48,983 nucleotides of DNA from Candidatus Tayloriibacteriota bacterium. GTDB taxonomy: Bacteria > Patescibacteriota > Minisyncoccia > Phycocordibacterales > PALSA-1337. Within the stretch, counting starts at the first letter, position 1. Each line of letters opens with the position of its first letter. Below, one piece after another: positions 1 through 7,254 of this stretch. Made by a program: the position numbers and the translations under genes. The notes under the pieces were generated by a model. The model was not told the DNA's origin. It saw only the letters and a program-made list of their open reading frames with translations, and did no database searches. The stretch covers positions 1 to 48,983 of the forward strand of contig JBPOID010000005.1 of NCBI GenBank assembly GCA_052034805.1. The letters run 5' to 3'.

Positions 1-989
1 GAACATGAAGCTGTAGAACCACCATTTGAGCCTATACATTGCCATAGATTATTCGTAGGAGTATCTGCAAGATCAGAGAATGTACCTGCTGAACATGAGT
101 TTACTATTGATGAACAGGATCCTGATATGGGGGTGGGGGTACCGCCTCCTCCACTATTATTACTACCAGAATATAGACTCGATACTTCTTGTGAAGATAA
201 TTCTCTACCGTAAACACGCACATCATCTATAAGGCCATTGAAATAACTACCACTATTACAAATACTACTACCATCACTACCACCTATCGAAAAACCCCTT
301 TGAGTAGAATTAAGTGTAGTAAATGTTGCCGAAGAACCACTTTGATCCAAAGATCCATTAATATAAAGTTTCGCATTACCAAGACCATCATAAGTTGCAA
401 CTATATGGTTCCATGTATTATCTGGTGTAGAAGATAAAGAAGCTATAAGAGTTAGAGGTGTACCCAGATCTGATCCTTGAAGTCTGAATGTATATCTATT
501 ATTAGAACTTTCATATAATTGATATTGTGATACTGAGGCATTACCATTAACAGTTCCCTTCGATACTAGAGTCATATTTTTAGAAGATGAAATCTGTTTA
601 GCCCACGCTGATATACTAAGAGCACCAGTAAGATTCAAAGATGAAGTATTACCAACGCTTACACAATTATTACCATCAAAAGAAATTGCACTTGTTCCAG
701 ATTTATAATCACTATTATTCCAAATAGGATTATTAATTAATGTTCCACTATTCCCACTACCACTAGAATCAACAGCAGTTGTTCCACTACCATCATCGAA
801 TTTCCACCAACCCATTAAACCTGTATCTATACTTGCTACTTGGGCTAATTGCGAATGAATGGGTTCAGAAATATTATTATATTTTATATTTCTATTAAAT
901 TGAGTTATGAATAAAATTGATAATAGGAAAGTACTACCTATTATTAGTAAATTATGACTTGGTTTTATATTATAATTCTTAAACATCAT
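1..989 (-). CDS. LamG / Laminin_G_3 (concanavalin-like) domain secreted protein; C-terminus lies beyond the left edge
   Basis: Not in the ORF track because it runs off the window. My minus-strand translation from ATG at 987-989 gives MMFKNYNIKPSHNLLIIGSTFLLSILF (signal/anchor). It continues ...NTWNHIVATYDGLGNAKLYINGSL... and ...YFNGLIDDVRVYGRELSSQEVSSLY..., the two hallmark motifs of Laminin_G_3 domains. Confidence 0.75.
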   Translation of the reverse strand, partial: MMFKNYNIKPSHNLLIIGSTFLLSILFITQFNRNIKYNNISEPIHSQLAQVASIDTGLMGWWKFDDGSGTTAVDSSGSGNSGTLINNPIWNNSDYKSGTSAISFDGNNCVSVGNTSSLNLTGALSISAWAKQISSSKNMTLVSKGTVNGNASVSQYQLYESSNNRYTFRLQGSDLGTPLTLIASLSSTPDNTWNHIVATYDGLGNAKLYINGSLDQSGSSATFTTLNSTQRGFSIGGSDGSSICNSGSYFNGLIDDVRVYGRELSSQEVSSLYSGSNNSGGGGTPTPISGSCSSIVNSCSAGTFSDLADTPTNNLWQCIGSNGGSTASC

Positions 990-1064
990 TAATAACTAAA
1001 TTATACCAATTTTTAAGAAAAAATTATATAGTTGTATAAAAGAATAAGGACTTTAATTATAATA

Positions 1065-1631
1065 TTATTCAATCAATTTAAATGTAGAAAGAAAAGTATA
1101 GAAATCATCTAAATTATTCTGAATACTTTTACTTTTCGAAATATCTTCTGATGATTTCCAATCAATAGCTATATATTCTCCATTATCTTTTCTAATATAT
1201 ACAGTCTTATTAATTATATTGCTGATATTATAAGAAAATTCTCGAGAATCTTTACCAGAAACTATAATTGTTTTTTGTTGAAAATCTTTTTCGTCTTTAA
1301 ATGGATAACTTTTAATAGCATCTTCGAAAGATTGATGATTATAATCCCCACTCACACTAAAAGACCAATCACCATAAGACGGCCGACGAAGCGTAACAAA
1401 AACATTTCCACTTTCAGGATAATTATCGTTTACATCTAAAACAAAATCTTTCGGATAATAAAAACTGAAACCATTTTTATAATCAGTATAATTTTTATTA
1501 AATGAAATATTATTTTTAATAGGAATATTGTTTTCTTTATCTTTCAATTGATAAAAATAAATTCCAATCGAAATAATTATTATAAATAGAATAAATATTT
1601 TTATATTTCTTTTATTATTTTTTAATAACAT
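1065..1631 (-). CDS. hypothetical membrane-anchored/secreted protein
   Basis: ORF track. One N-terminal hydrophobic helix (IKIFILFIIIISIGIYFY) followed by a soluble domain; no family recognised. Confidence 0.6.
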   Translation of the reverse strand: MLLKNNKRNIKIFILFIIIISIGIYFYQLKDKENNIPIKNNISFNKNYTDYKNGFSFYYPKDFVLDVNDNYPESGNVFVTLRRPSYGDWSFSVSGDYNHQSFEDAIKSYPFKDEKDFQQKTIIVSGKDSREFSYNISNIINKTVYIRKDNGEYIAIDWKSSEDISKSKSIQNNLDDFYTFLSTFKLIE

Positions 1632-1647
1632 TATGAACTAGATTATA

Positions 1648-1980
1648 TCAATACATGAATAAACCTACGAGCGATACAATGTAATACACAACCAAAAGGG
1701 TTATAAATAATCGGAATGCTTTTCTTGATACATAAGAAAAGTTTAATTTACCATTTTTATTTTTGAATTCTTTTAATGAAAGGATGAAATCTATTAGAGC
1801 ATATATAAATATTTCATAAAATAGCGCTGAGATACCCCATATAAAAGCAGATTGAATATAATTATTTTTAAGACTAGAACCAGTATAAAAAATCTCACCG
1901 ATTGTAATAACAATTACCAAAACTACAAAACTAATTAGTATGTAATACTTTTTCCATTTCGCTAAATTACTCCAATTCAT
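1648..1980 (-). CDS. small multi-pass membrane protein
   Basis: ORF track; three hydrophobic segments; ATG at 1978-1980. Confidence 0.55.
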   Translation of the reverse strand: MNWSNLAKWKKYYILISFVVLVIVITIGEIFYTGSSLKNNYIQSAFIWGISALFYEIFIYALIDFILSLKEFKNKNGKLNFSYVSRKAFRLFITLLVVYYIVSLVGLFMY

Positions 1981-2083
1981 ATTTTTATTTTCATTAAATT
2001 AAGAACTATTTTTCACTACAATGTTTTAATTGTATCACATAAAAGCTGGTGCTCTTGGTTACCCTGAAACTATCGCGGATTTC

Positions 2084-2129
2084 AACCGCTCACGAAAACC
2101 AAACGGCTTTCGTCGGGCGGTTTTCTTTT
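2084..2129 (+). terminator. orphan plus-strand intrinsic-terminator-like hairpin inside a GC-rich patch
   Basis: aaccgc/gcggtt (2084-2089 with 2117-2122) and acgaaa/tttcgt (2092-2097 with 2108-2113) form the stem. It is followed by ttttctttt, yet all neighbouring genes are on the minus strand. Confidence 0.35.
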
Positions 2130-2184
2130 ACCAAACAAACACCCTTTCAAGTGCTGGTTTCATTTTAATTATTTCACTGTACTT

Positions 2185-2445
2185 TTATGCCAATGGGTAA
2201 AAAAGAAGCAAACTAATGCCGATCTCAAACAAAATTAAAAGATATCCGGCATATGTTGGCTCCTTTTTAACAAGAGACGTAATAGAAAAACCCACACAGA
2301 GAAGTACAAATAAACCGTATATCCAGTGAGAAATTAATTCTACTGTATGCCCTTGCCACGACGGCAGAATCCATCCAAGACCGAATTGAAGGACAATCAT
2401 TAGAAGAGCTAGGTAAGCGAATTTTTTACTTTGTGTTTGTTGCAT
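2185..2445 (-). CDS. small multi-pass membrane protein (cassette 1 cargo)
   Basis: ORF track; three hydrophobic helices; ATG starts 6 nt after the stop of remnant copy 1. Confidence 0.55.
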   Translation of the reverse strand: MQQTQSKKFAYLALLMIVLQFGLGWILPSWQGHTVELISHWIYGLFVLLCVGFSITSLVKKEPTYAGYLLILFEIGISLLLFYPLA

Positions 2446-2451
2446 ATATTT

Positions 2452-2500
2452 TTAGTTATTCCCCGCCTCAATCACATGTCTCAACAAAATAATTATATTC
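2452..2500 (-). pseudogene. degenerate copy 1 of a GAPDH-type 3'-end remnant
   Basis: Minus-strand ...LLRHVIEAGNN*. The DNA aligns by eye at roughly 70 percent with copies 2 and 3 (tccccgcct, cacatg and ctcaac blocks conserved) and carries a 1-nt indel. Confidence 0.4.
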
Positions 2501-2528
2501 AAACTCCTAACGAATAGCAAGTAAAATA

Positions 2529-2936
2529 TTATTGCCCAACCAGAGGTGCCCAATAAGGTGATGCACCAAAAATCAGAATAATCAACCCAATGATAACCGT
2601 CAGTACAATTATGAGGGTAGCAACAGGTTTGCCTGAGCTTGTTTCTAAGTTTGGATCTTTTATAATTTTGTACCATACCCATGCACACAACAAAAGAATG
2701 ATGGTTGAAACAGTTAACAAAACTGCCTTATGTGTGGCAACATCAAAATCCCAACAAACTTCATTTCCTAAAAATATACAGGTAGGGAAAAACACGAATA
2801 TTCCAGTACAGACAGTAAGTATATAGTATCCAATAGATTTTATTATTCCAGGATGTCTGTGAAGAATATAGTTAAAAAGTACAACCCTTATAATAAAGAA
2901 AATAATGGTAACAATTGTGAGAAAAATAATTGACAT
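2529..2936 (-). CDS. multi-pass membrane protein (cassette 2 cargo)
   Basis: ORF track; about four hydrophobic helices; ATG lies 15 nt downstream of the remnant copy 2 stop. Confidence 0.6.
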   Translation of the reverse strand: MSIIFLTIVTIIFFIIRVVLFNYILHRHPGIIKSIGYYILTVCTGIFVFFPTCIFLGNEVCWDFDVATHKAVLLTVSTIILLLCAWVWYKIIKDPNLETSSGKPVATLIIVLTVIIGLIILIFGASPYWAPLVGQ

Positions 2937-2951
2937 GAATTTTATAAATTA

Positions 2952-3017
2952 TTAAATTAATCTCCCCGCCTTCACCACATGCTCAACCAAAGTATGCGTA
3001 TACCCCATCTCATTACT
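2952..3017 (-). pseudogene. copy 2 of a GAPDH-type 3'-end remnant
   Basis: Minus-strand translation SNEMGYTHTLVEHVVKAGRLI*, preceded by an in-frame TAA (3018-3020). It fits the C-terminal WYDNE-x-GY[ST]-x-x-[LV]V signature of type I glyceraldehyde-3-phosphate dehydrogenases. Confidence 0.65.
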
Positions 3018-3033
3018 TTACGCAGATCTGATC

Positions 3034-3552
3034 TTAATTACTTCTAACAATAACAGAGCGATATTTGAACACATTTCTAATAATAGAAATACTCAAAACC
3101 AAAATTATACTCAACCACATCAATTTACTAATCATTACAATAGGTTGACTCTGGACCAATGCTGTCCAAGCAGCAGGAACTCCATCATCTCCGATAGGAC
3201 CTGTTTCATCGAAGATGGCGATAAATGAATACCAACCGCCGAAAATGATTGAATCTATAAAAAATGTAATGAATAGCAACATATAGAAATTGAAGATAAG
3301 CTTCATGACTGATCTCCTAATCCCGATTATACTGAATGCTAACTTGTCAGCAAAGATTATAGAAAGAATGAATACTAAGCCAGTTACAGGTGCATCTAAC
3401 ATATATAACCAAGAAAACGGACCTATAGGGACGATAACACCAAGAGAACGAAAAAGTTCTCCCGTTATAAAAAATATACCGATATAAATAATACTAACCA
3501 AAATCCAAATGAACCAATAACTCAAGTACCATTTATAAGGAAATAATTTCAT
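3034..3552 (-). CDS. multi-pass membrane protein (cassette 3 cargo)
   Basis: ORF track; five to six hydrophobic helices; ATG lies 24 nt downstream of the remnant copy 3 stop. Confidence 0.65.
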   Translation of the reverse strand: MKLFPYKWYLSYWFIWILVSIIYIGIFFITGELFRSLGVIVPIGPFSWLYMLDAPVTGLVFILSIIFADKLAFSIIGIRRSVMKLIFNFYMLLFITFFIDSIIFGGWYSFIAIFDETGPIGDDGVPAAWTALVQSQPIVMISKLMWLSIILVLSISIIRNVFKYRSVIVRSN

Positions 3553-3576
3553 ACCATTTATTTTATTAATATTTTA

Positions 3577-3654
3577 TTAAATTAACTTCCCCGCCTTCAC
3601 CACATGCTCAACCAGCGTATGTGTATACCCCATTTCGTTACTGTACCACGCTAG
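3577..3654 (-). pseudogene. copy 3 of a GAPDH-type 3'-end remnant
   Basis: Minus-strand translation LAWYSNEMGYTHTLVEHVVKAGKLI*. Similarity to the GAPDH C-terminus stops at about 3655; the upstream MPKITENS is unrelated. Confidence 0.65.
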
Positions 3655-3816
3655 CGAATTTTCCGTTATTTTTGGCATTGGCTTAAGTATAACATGAAAT
3701 TTTTTTTGAAATCATCCCGCCGCCCGTCTTCTGAAGCAACAATTTTTGCGACCTCAAAAGGCGAGCGATGGATGTGCTATTCTGTTGTCAACGTCCTTGT
3801 GTATCATCATAAACAA

Positions 3817-3838
3817 ACGCTTGTTTAATAGCAAGCGT
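3817..3838 (-). terminator. intrinsic terminator after the integrase / small basic ORF
   Basis: acgcttg (3817-3823) pairs with caagcgt (3832-3838) around an 8-nt loop. On the minus strand it is followed by ttgttt and overlaps the TGA of the small ORF. Confidence 0.4.
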
Positions 3839-3981
3839 CAGAATACGCCCTGTTTTAGGGCTTTATTTCGTCTTTTCTTACCACTCAACTTCCCCATTCT
3901 GCTGAAGTGTTTCTTGCCGTATTTGCGGACTGTTGTCGATCCGCCTTTTCGGCCAAGCTGTTGTGCCGCTTTATTTTTCAC
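3838..3981 (-). CDS. possible 47-aa lysine/glycine-rich basic protein (KGG-repeat-like)
   Basis: My translation from GTG 3979-3981: VKNKAAQQLGRKGGSTTVRKYGKKHFSRMGKLSGKKRRNKALKQGVF*. It is in the same frame as the integrase, separated only by its TAA plus 8 codons. No clear SD; below the ORF-track size cut-off. Confidence 0.3.
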   Translation of the reverse strand: MKNKAAQQLGRKGGSTTVRKYGKKHFSRMGKLSGKKRRNKALKQGVF

Positions 3982-4005
3982 CCACTTATTATAACAAACG
4001 ATTGT

Positions 4006-5013
4006 TTAGCAGTGAATAGCCCTCGTTCTGGGTATTTTATATTTTTTTGCTCTCTGATTTCTCGGAACATTTTTAAATGCGTCATATCGTCTCTGCAAAT
4101 CTGGACCGGTCATCATAGTGTATATCATGGAACTCTCAAGACTCGAGTGCCCGAGAATATTTGACACATCTGAATTTGATCCGCCTTTGTTCACAATATC
4201 TCGTCCCATAAAATGTCTCATCGAGTGCGCATTCAATGTGGGTATGCCTGCACGATTGGAATTTGTGCGTAGCAACTCAGCAACACCAACAACCGTCATT
4301 CTTTTTCCTCTTGTCGCATTCTGACCACACTTTGATATGGATACAAACAATGCATCCAAATCCTCAAAAGTGAAAAGCTGATACAGATGCTTTCTTTTCT
4401 GCACCCATCTTTTCAGAAGTGCATTTGTGCTTGGAGTCCAAAATATTTCTCGTATCGGCCGACGGCCGCGGGACTTCTCTGTTTTAATAAGCGCCGTTCT
4501 CTTGTTAAAATCGAGATCGCTTACATTGAGAGCTGTTATTTCTCCGTTTCTAGCACCAGTGTCCCATATGAGAGAAATCAAAGCGCGATTTCTTAAGTGG
4601 TGAGGCTTGTTGTCTTTTGGTATAGAGTTGATGAGTTTATTGAATCCCTGCACAGTGGCAATGCGGGGAATATTGTATTCCTTTCTTGGTGTCGGTATGA
4701 GAGCCTCATTGATTACGTTGAATTTTTGCAGATTATAAAATTCAAAGAATTTTTTGAGACCGAGTGTGACAATGATGATGCCATTTCGTTTCCATCCCAG
4801 ATCCTTCATCATATTCAAATAGCTCATGATGTCATTGAGAGTAATGTTTTCGATATGAGGATTACGCAGGTACAGGCAAAAAATCCTCAATACCTTGTCG
4901 TATCTCTTTACAGTATGACCGGAGACTTTGATCTGTCTCCAACCACTAAATTGATCTATGGCATCTTTGAAAAGCATATGTGCCAACCAAAAAGCCCACT
5001 CGATGCTACTCAA
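4006..5013 (-). CDS. tyrosine recombinase / phage-type integrase (XerC/D-like)
   Basis: ORF track. Catalytic residues are visible: R in DTGARNGEI, HSMRH (H-x-x-R), and LGHSSLESSMIY (His and Tyr nucleophile). The listed start is TTG at 5011-5013; ATG at 4975-4977 (MLFKD...) is an alternative. Confidence 0.9.
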   Translation of the reverse strand: MSSIEWAFWLAHMLFKDAIDQFSGWRQIKVSGHTVKRYDKVLRIFCLYLRNPHIENITLNDIMSYLNMMKDLGWKRNGIIIVTLGLKKFFEFYNLQKFNVINEALIPTPRKEYNIPRIATVQGFNKLINSIPKDNKPHHLRNRALISLIWDTGARNGEITALNVSDLDFNKRTALIKTEKSRGRRPIREIFWTPSTNALLKRWVQKRKHLYQLFTFEDLDALFVSISKCGQNATRGKRMTVVGVAELLRTNSNRAGIPTLNAHSMRHFMGRDIVNKGGSNSDVSNILGHSSLESSMIYTMMTGPDLQRRYDAFKNVPRNQRAKKYKIPRTRAIHC

Positions 5014-5039
5014 AGTGGGACTTTTGGCGACAATCTGCT

Positions 5040-5215
5040 CATTGAGCGTCCTGCCATTCCCTAGCTAGGGAGACATAACCTTACGGCCATATCATTCATC
5101 ATCTTACTCCACCCCTTTGGGGAATAGCAAGCTAATGTGGGTCAAAAGTCCATTGGGTAGCATCTGGCCATATAGGCCTGATCCCTTTCGGGTACAATGG
5201 ATAATATTCGGTTGT
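5040..5215 (-). ncRNA. hairpin-dense structured leader / possible cis-regulatory RNA or att arm region upstream of the integrase
   Basis: On the minus-strand RNA, ccauug/caaugg (5195-5200 with 5150-5155) encloses ccc-GAAA-ggg (5183-5192) and ggcc-uauau-ggcc (5166-5178). Also present: cccc-aaa-gggg (5112-5122), auggcc-GUAA-gguuau (5075-5090, two G-U pairs that would be A-C on the plus strand), and the palindrome ccctagctaggg (5059-5070). Confidence 0.3.
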
Positions 5216-5222
5216 GCACTAC

Positions 5223-5251
5223 ATCCTAGTGTAGTGTCATTCTATTGTCAA
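5223..5251 (-). promoter_or_regulatory. sigma70-like promoter for the integrase, with the -10 inside a 7-bp inverted repeat
   Basis: Minus strand: TTGACA (5251-5246), 17-nt spacer, TAGGAT (5228-5223). The inverted repeat cactaca/tgtagtg (5217-5236) brackets the -10 like an operator. Confidence 0.35.
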
Positions 5252-5338
5252 GAAGGATTTTTTATTGGATAGTACATTAGCGAGTAAATATCCATTATGT
5301 CAATTAAAATAAGGCTATTTTGACTATTCAATTAAAAA

Positions 5339-5365
5339 GTCGCAACGATTTTTAGGCGTTGCGAC
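5339..5365 (-). terminator. intrinsic terminator after the PRTase-like gene
   Basis: 9-bp stem gtcgcaacg/cgttgcgac with a 9-nt loop, followed on the minus strand by ttttt (5334-5338). It lies 25 nt after the stop at 5390. Confidence 0.65.
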
Positions 5366-5389
5366 AGATTTTTGAGGAAAATGCACAGA

Positions 5390-6406
5390 TCAATCCAGAC
5401 TTTTTCGCATTTCCTTCAGGAACCCGATTACCTCGGTATTTAGGGCAGGTAGAGCCTCATTTGCACCCACTTTTATCGGTATAGAAACCCTTGGATGGAT
5501 TCCCAGAAGCTCCCCCATCACGATACTTCGACCACTTTCTTTGCTGATACGGTTGAACAGGTCGATTGCAACATTCAGGAAGGTGACTGATAGCTCCCTA
5601 GCATTCTCGGCAGGCATGCTTGTCCACTTTTCCATCATACCGAATGGCAGAATGTATGGGTAAGCCAAGCTGTGACCTTCTGATGTCTGGACCGGTGCGT
5701 AGCTATGGGCTACATGTTCACCAACTACACGTCCACATCCGGGAGCGAACGGGATGAGGTCGCGATCGGCAATCCACTCAAACAGATTCTCGAAGGCGTG
5801 AATGATCACGAGCTCGCCTTTGAAGGCCTGTTCAATGACTGCCTTAGCCCCGACGTCGCAGAACCCGATTATAACTGTCACGACTTTGACACCACGCCGC
5901 TCTAGCTCCTTGAGTATGTAGAGACAAGTGTTACCTCGGAATGCTCCCTCTTTGGCAAGGATCACCGGACGACCGGCAATCTTGAGTGCCAAATCATCCA
6001 GTTGTCTGTCGAGGTAATTGAATCCGGGACGCGGACCGTAACCGAACATCTTGCCTTCTGTATTGAACAGTCGGTTAATGCTTAGGTTAAGACCTTCCTG
6101 ATTTGGATTCAAATCATCCATCTCAGAGCAGGTGACGAGAACCGCATGCTGATTATTCACAGCGATACGTTTATGAACCTGCTCCCAGATTTCAAGCCTG
6201 AGCTTATTCTTATCGACGGGGTGAATCGCGTTATTCGGAAACGCGCGAGTTACCCTCTCGAGAAGACTTTGGCGCAGATGCCCGAATATCGGATCATCCG
6301 GATTAGGGACAATCAGACCTTTCGATCGGAACGACTGTAGACTGCTTGCTAAGTCAAAGGAAACCACGCAGGTTCCCTGATGAGCTACCGGACTGGCAGA
6401 TTGCAT
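5390..6406 (-). CDS. phosphoribosyltransferase-like protein with a degenerate PRPP loop; otherwise unrecognised
   Basis: ORF track; GGGAGG SD 5 nt upstream. GRPVILAKEGAFRGNTCLYILKELERRGVKVV resembles by eye the PurF-type PRPP-binding loop (G-K-R-V-V-L-V-D-D-S-I-V-R-G-T-T), but the acidic DD pair is KE. No Ntn-glutaminase N-terminus. Confidence 0.55.
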   Translation of the reverse strand: MQSASPVAHQGTCVVSFDLASSLQSFRSKGLIVPNPDDPIFGHLRQSLLERVTRAFPNNAIHPVDKNKLRLEIWEQVHKRIAVNNQHAVLVTCSEMDDLNPNQEGLNLSINRLFNTEGKMFGYGPRPGFNYLDRQLDDLALKIAGRPVILAKEGAFRGNTCLYILKELERRGVKVVTVIIGFCDVGAKAVIEQAFKGELVIIHAFENLFEWIADRDLIPFAPGCGRVVGEHVAHSYAPVQTSEGHSLAYPYILPFGMMEKWTSMPAENARELSVTFLNVAIDLFNRISKESGRSIVMGELLGIHPRVSIPIKVGANEALPALNTEVIGFLKEMRKSLD

Positions 6407-6495
6407 AGGAACCTCCCTTTCTTGTGGTTGTTGAGTTGACTACGTTGAAAGAACACATCTCATCCAGTCTATATTGGAATCTGAAAAAGCGCTAA

Positions 6496-6813
6496 TTATT
6501 TTTCCTCACCCTTGAGCCGTTCTATCATCATCTTGTAGCCTCCACATCCTTCTTTCAACCATCGGTTGATCTTGGTTATTGTCACTGGAGATTCCCCCGT
6601 TTCTTCCTGAATTTGCGTGAATGGCATGCCGGCATATAATTTCTTAGCGACTTCCCATCGCATGGCGAATTCACGAAGATCCCGTTCACTCATGAGATCA
6701 CGAAAAAATGCCCTGAGTTCATCTTCATTCTTAAGCGACAAAAAAGCCTTGATCAAATCAGGAGATTTTTTCTCAAGCTCTGCCCATATTCCATTTTTTT
6801 CTTCTTCAGTCAT
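6496..6813 (-). CDS. YerC/YecD-family Trp-repressor-like DNA-binding protein
   Basis: ORF track. LRAFFRDLMSERDLREFAMRWEVAKKLYAGMPFTQIQEETGESPVTITKINRWLKEGCGGY matches the YerC/YecD TrpR-like HTH pattern. Confidence 0.75.
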   Translation of the reverse strand: MTEEEKNGIWAELEKKSPDLIKAFLSLKNEDELRAFFRDLMSERDLREFAMRWEVAKKLYAGMPFTQIQEETGESPVTITKINRWLKEGCGGYKMMIERLKGEEK

Positions 6814-6911
6814 AAATATATATTACCACTTAGAACTATTCCTATAAAGTAGTCCTACCTTTTAGTCGAAGGACATTACTTACTTTTTAATTAGTATGGT
6901 AATTATACCAC

Positions 6912-7214
6912 ATGCCCATATATAACATCGACCCATTTAAAGATGCGAGAAAAAATGCACATATTTGGCGAGGTGAAAATACCATAATCTGGTATAACGA
7001 GAAACTTGATGGGTCTTTCACGGTGCTTACACTTTATGATTTTGGTGATAAAAAACGACGAATCTATCTTGAAGTGAATGATGAAAATCAAAAAGTTGAA
7101 TTTAGAAATGATGAGTTAGCTGAAGAACAATATGTGAAGCTTTTACAGGAGATATATTTAATCGAAAAATTCCTTGCGGAACCACAGCAGTTATCAGGGT
7201 CACTTCCATTTTGA
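6912..7214 (+). CDS. hypothetical protein (only plus-strand gene in the island, within an AT-rich patch)
   Basis: ORF track; no SD and no recognisable family. It converges on a bidirectional terminator. Confidence 0.45.
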   Translation: MPIYNIDPFKDARKNAHIWRGENTIIWYNEKLDGSFTVLTLYDFGDKKRRIYLEVNDENQKVEFRNDELAEEQYVKLLQEIYLIEKFLAEPQQLSGSLPF

Positions 7215-7225
7215 CGTATAAGAAA

Positions 7226-7253
7226 ACGCCCTCGATTTTTAGGTCGAGAGCGT
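7226..7253. terminator. bidirectional terminator hairpin between convergent genes
   Basis: acgccctcga/tcgagagcgt, a 10-bp stem with one mismatch and a ttttt-containing loop. It sits between 7214 (+ stop) and 7255 (- stop). Confidence 0.5.
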
Positions 7254-7254
7254 C

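Noticed and set aside
2075-2089. tRNA T-arm-like gcgg-atttcaa-ccgc (minus strand gcgg-uugaaau-ccgc), considered as a possible tRNA-fragment att site.
   Set aside because: The loop lacks the conserved C56 (UUGAAAU rather than UUCGAAU). No matching acceptor stem or other arms could be built around it.
2452-2688. 78-aa ORF from the track.
   Set aside because: It overlaps the better-supported 135-aa membrane-protein gene in another frame. Its C-terminal end is simply the degenerate gap-remnant copy 1.
2452-5013. Integron-like reading: a tyrosine recombinase plus an array of one-gene cassettes separated by a repeated ~60-nt element.
   Set aside because: The array lies at the 3' side of the recombinase and is co-directional with it, not divergent from an attI/Pc. 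The repeats are direct coding remnants without the imperfect inverted-repeat architecture of attC sites.
5180-5192. Exact 13-mer gatccctttcggg, also present at 48858-48870 and followed in both places by caatg; considered as an att core pair bracketing a 43.7 kb element.
   Set aside because: In about 49 kb, roughly (49000^2/2)/4^13, or about 18, same-strand 13-mer pairs are expected by chance. The integrase would lie outside the bracketed segment, and the flanks do not extend the match convincingly.
5345-5356. Shared 11-mer cgatttttagg in the loops of two terminators (also at 7233-7243).
   Set aside because: Hundreds of 11-mer coincidences are expected in a window this size. There is no further similarity in the stems.
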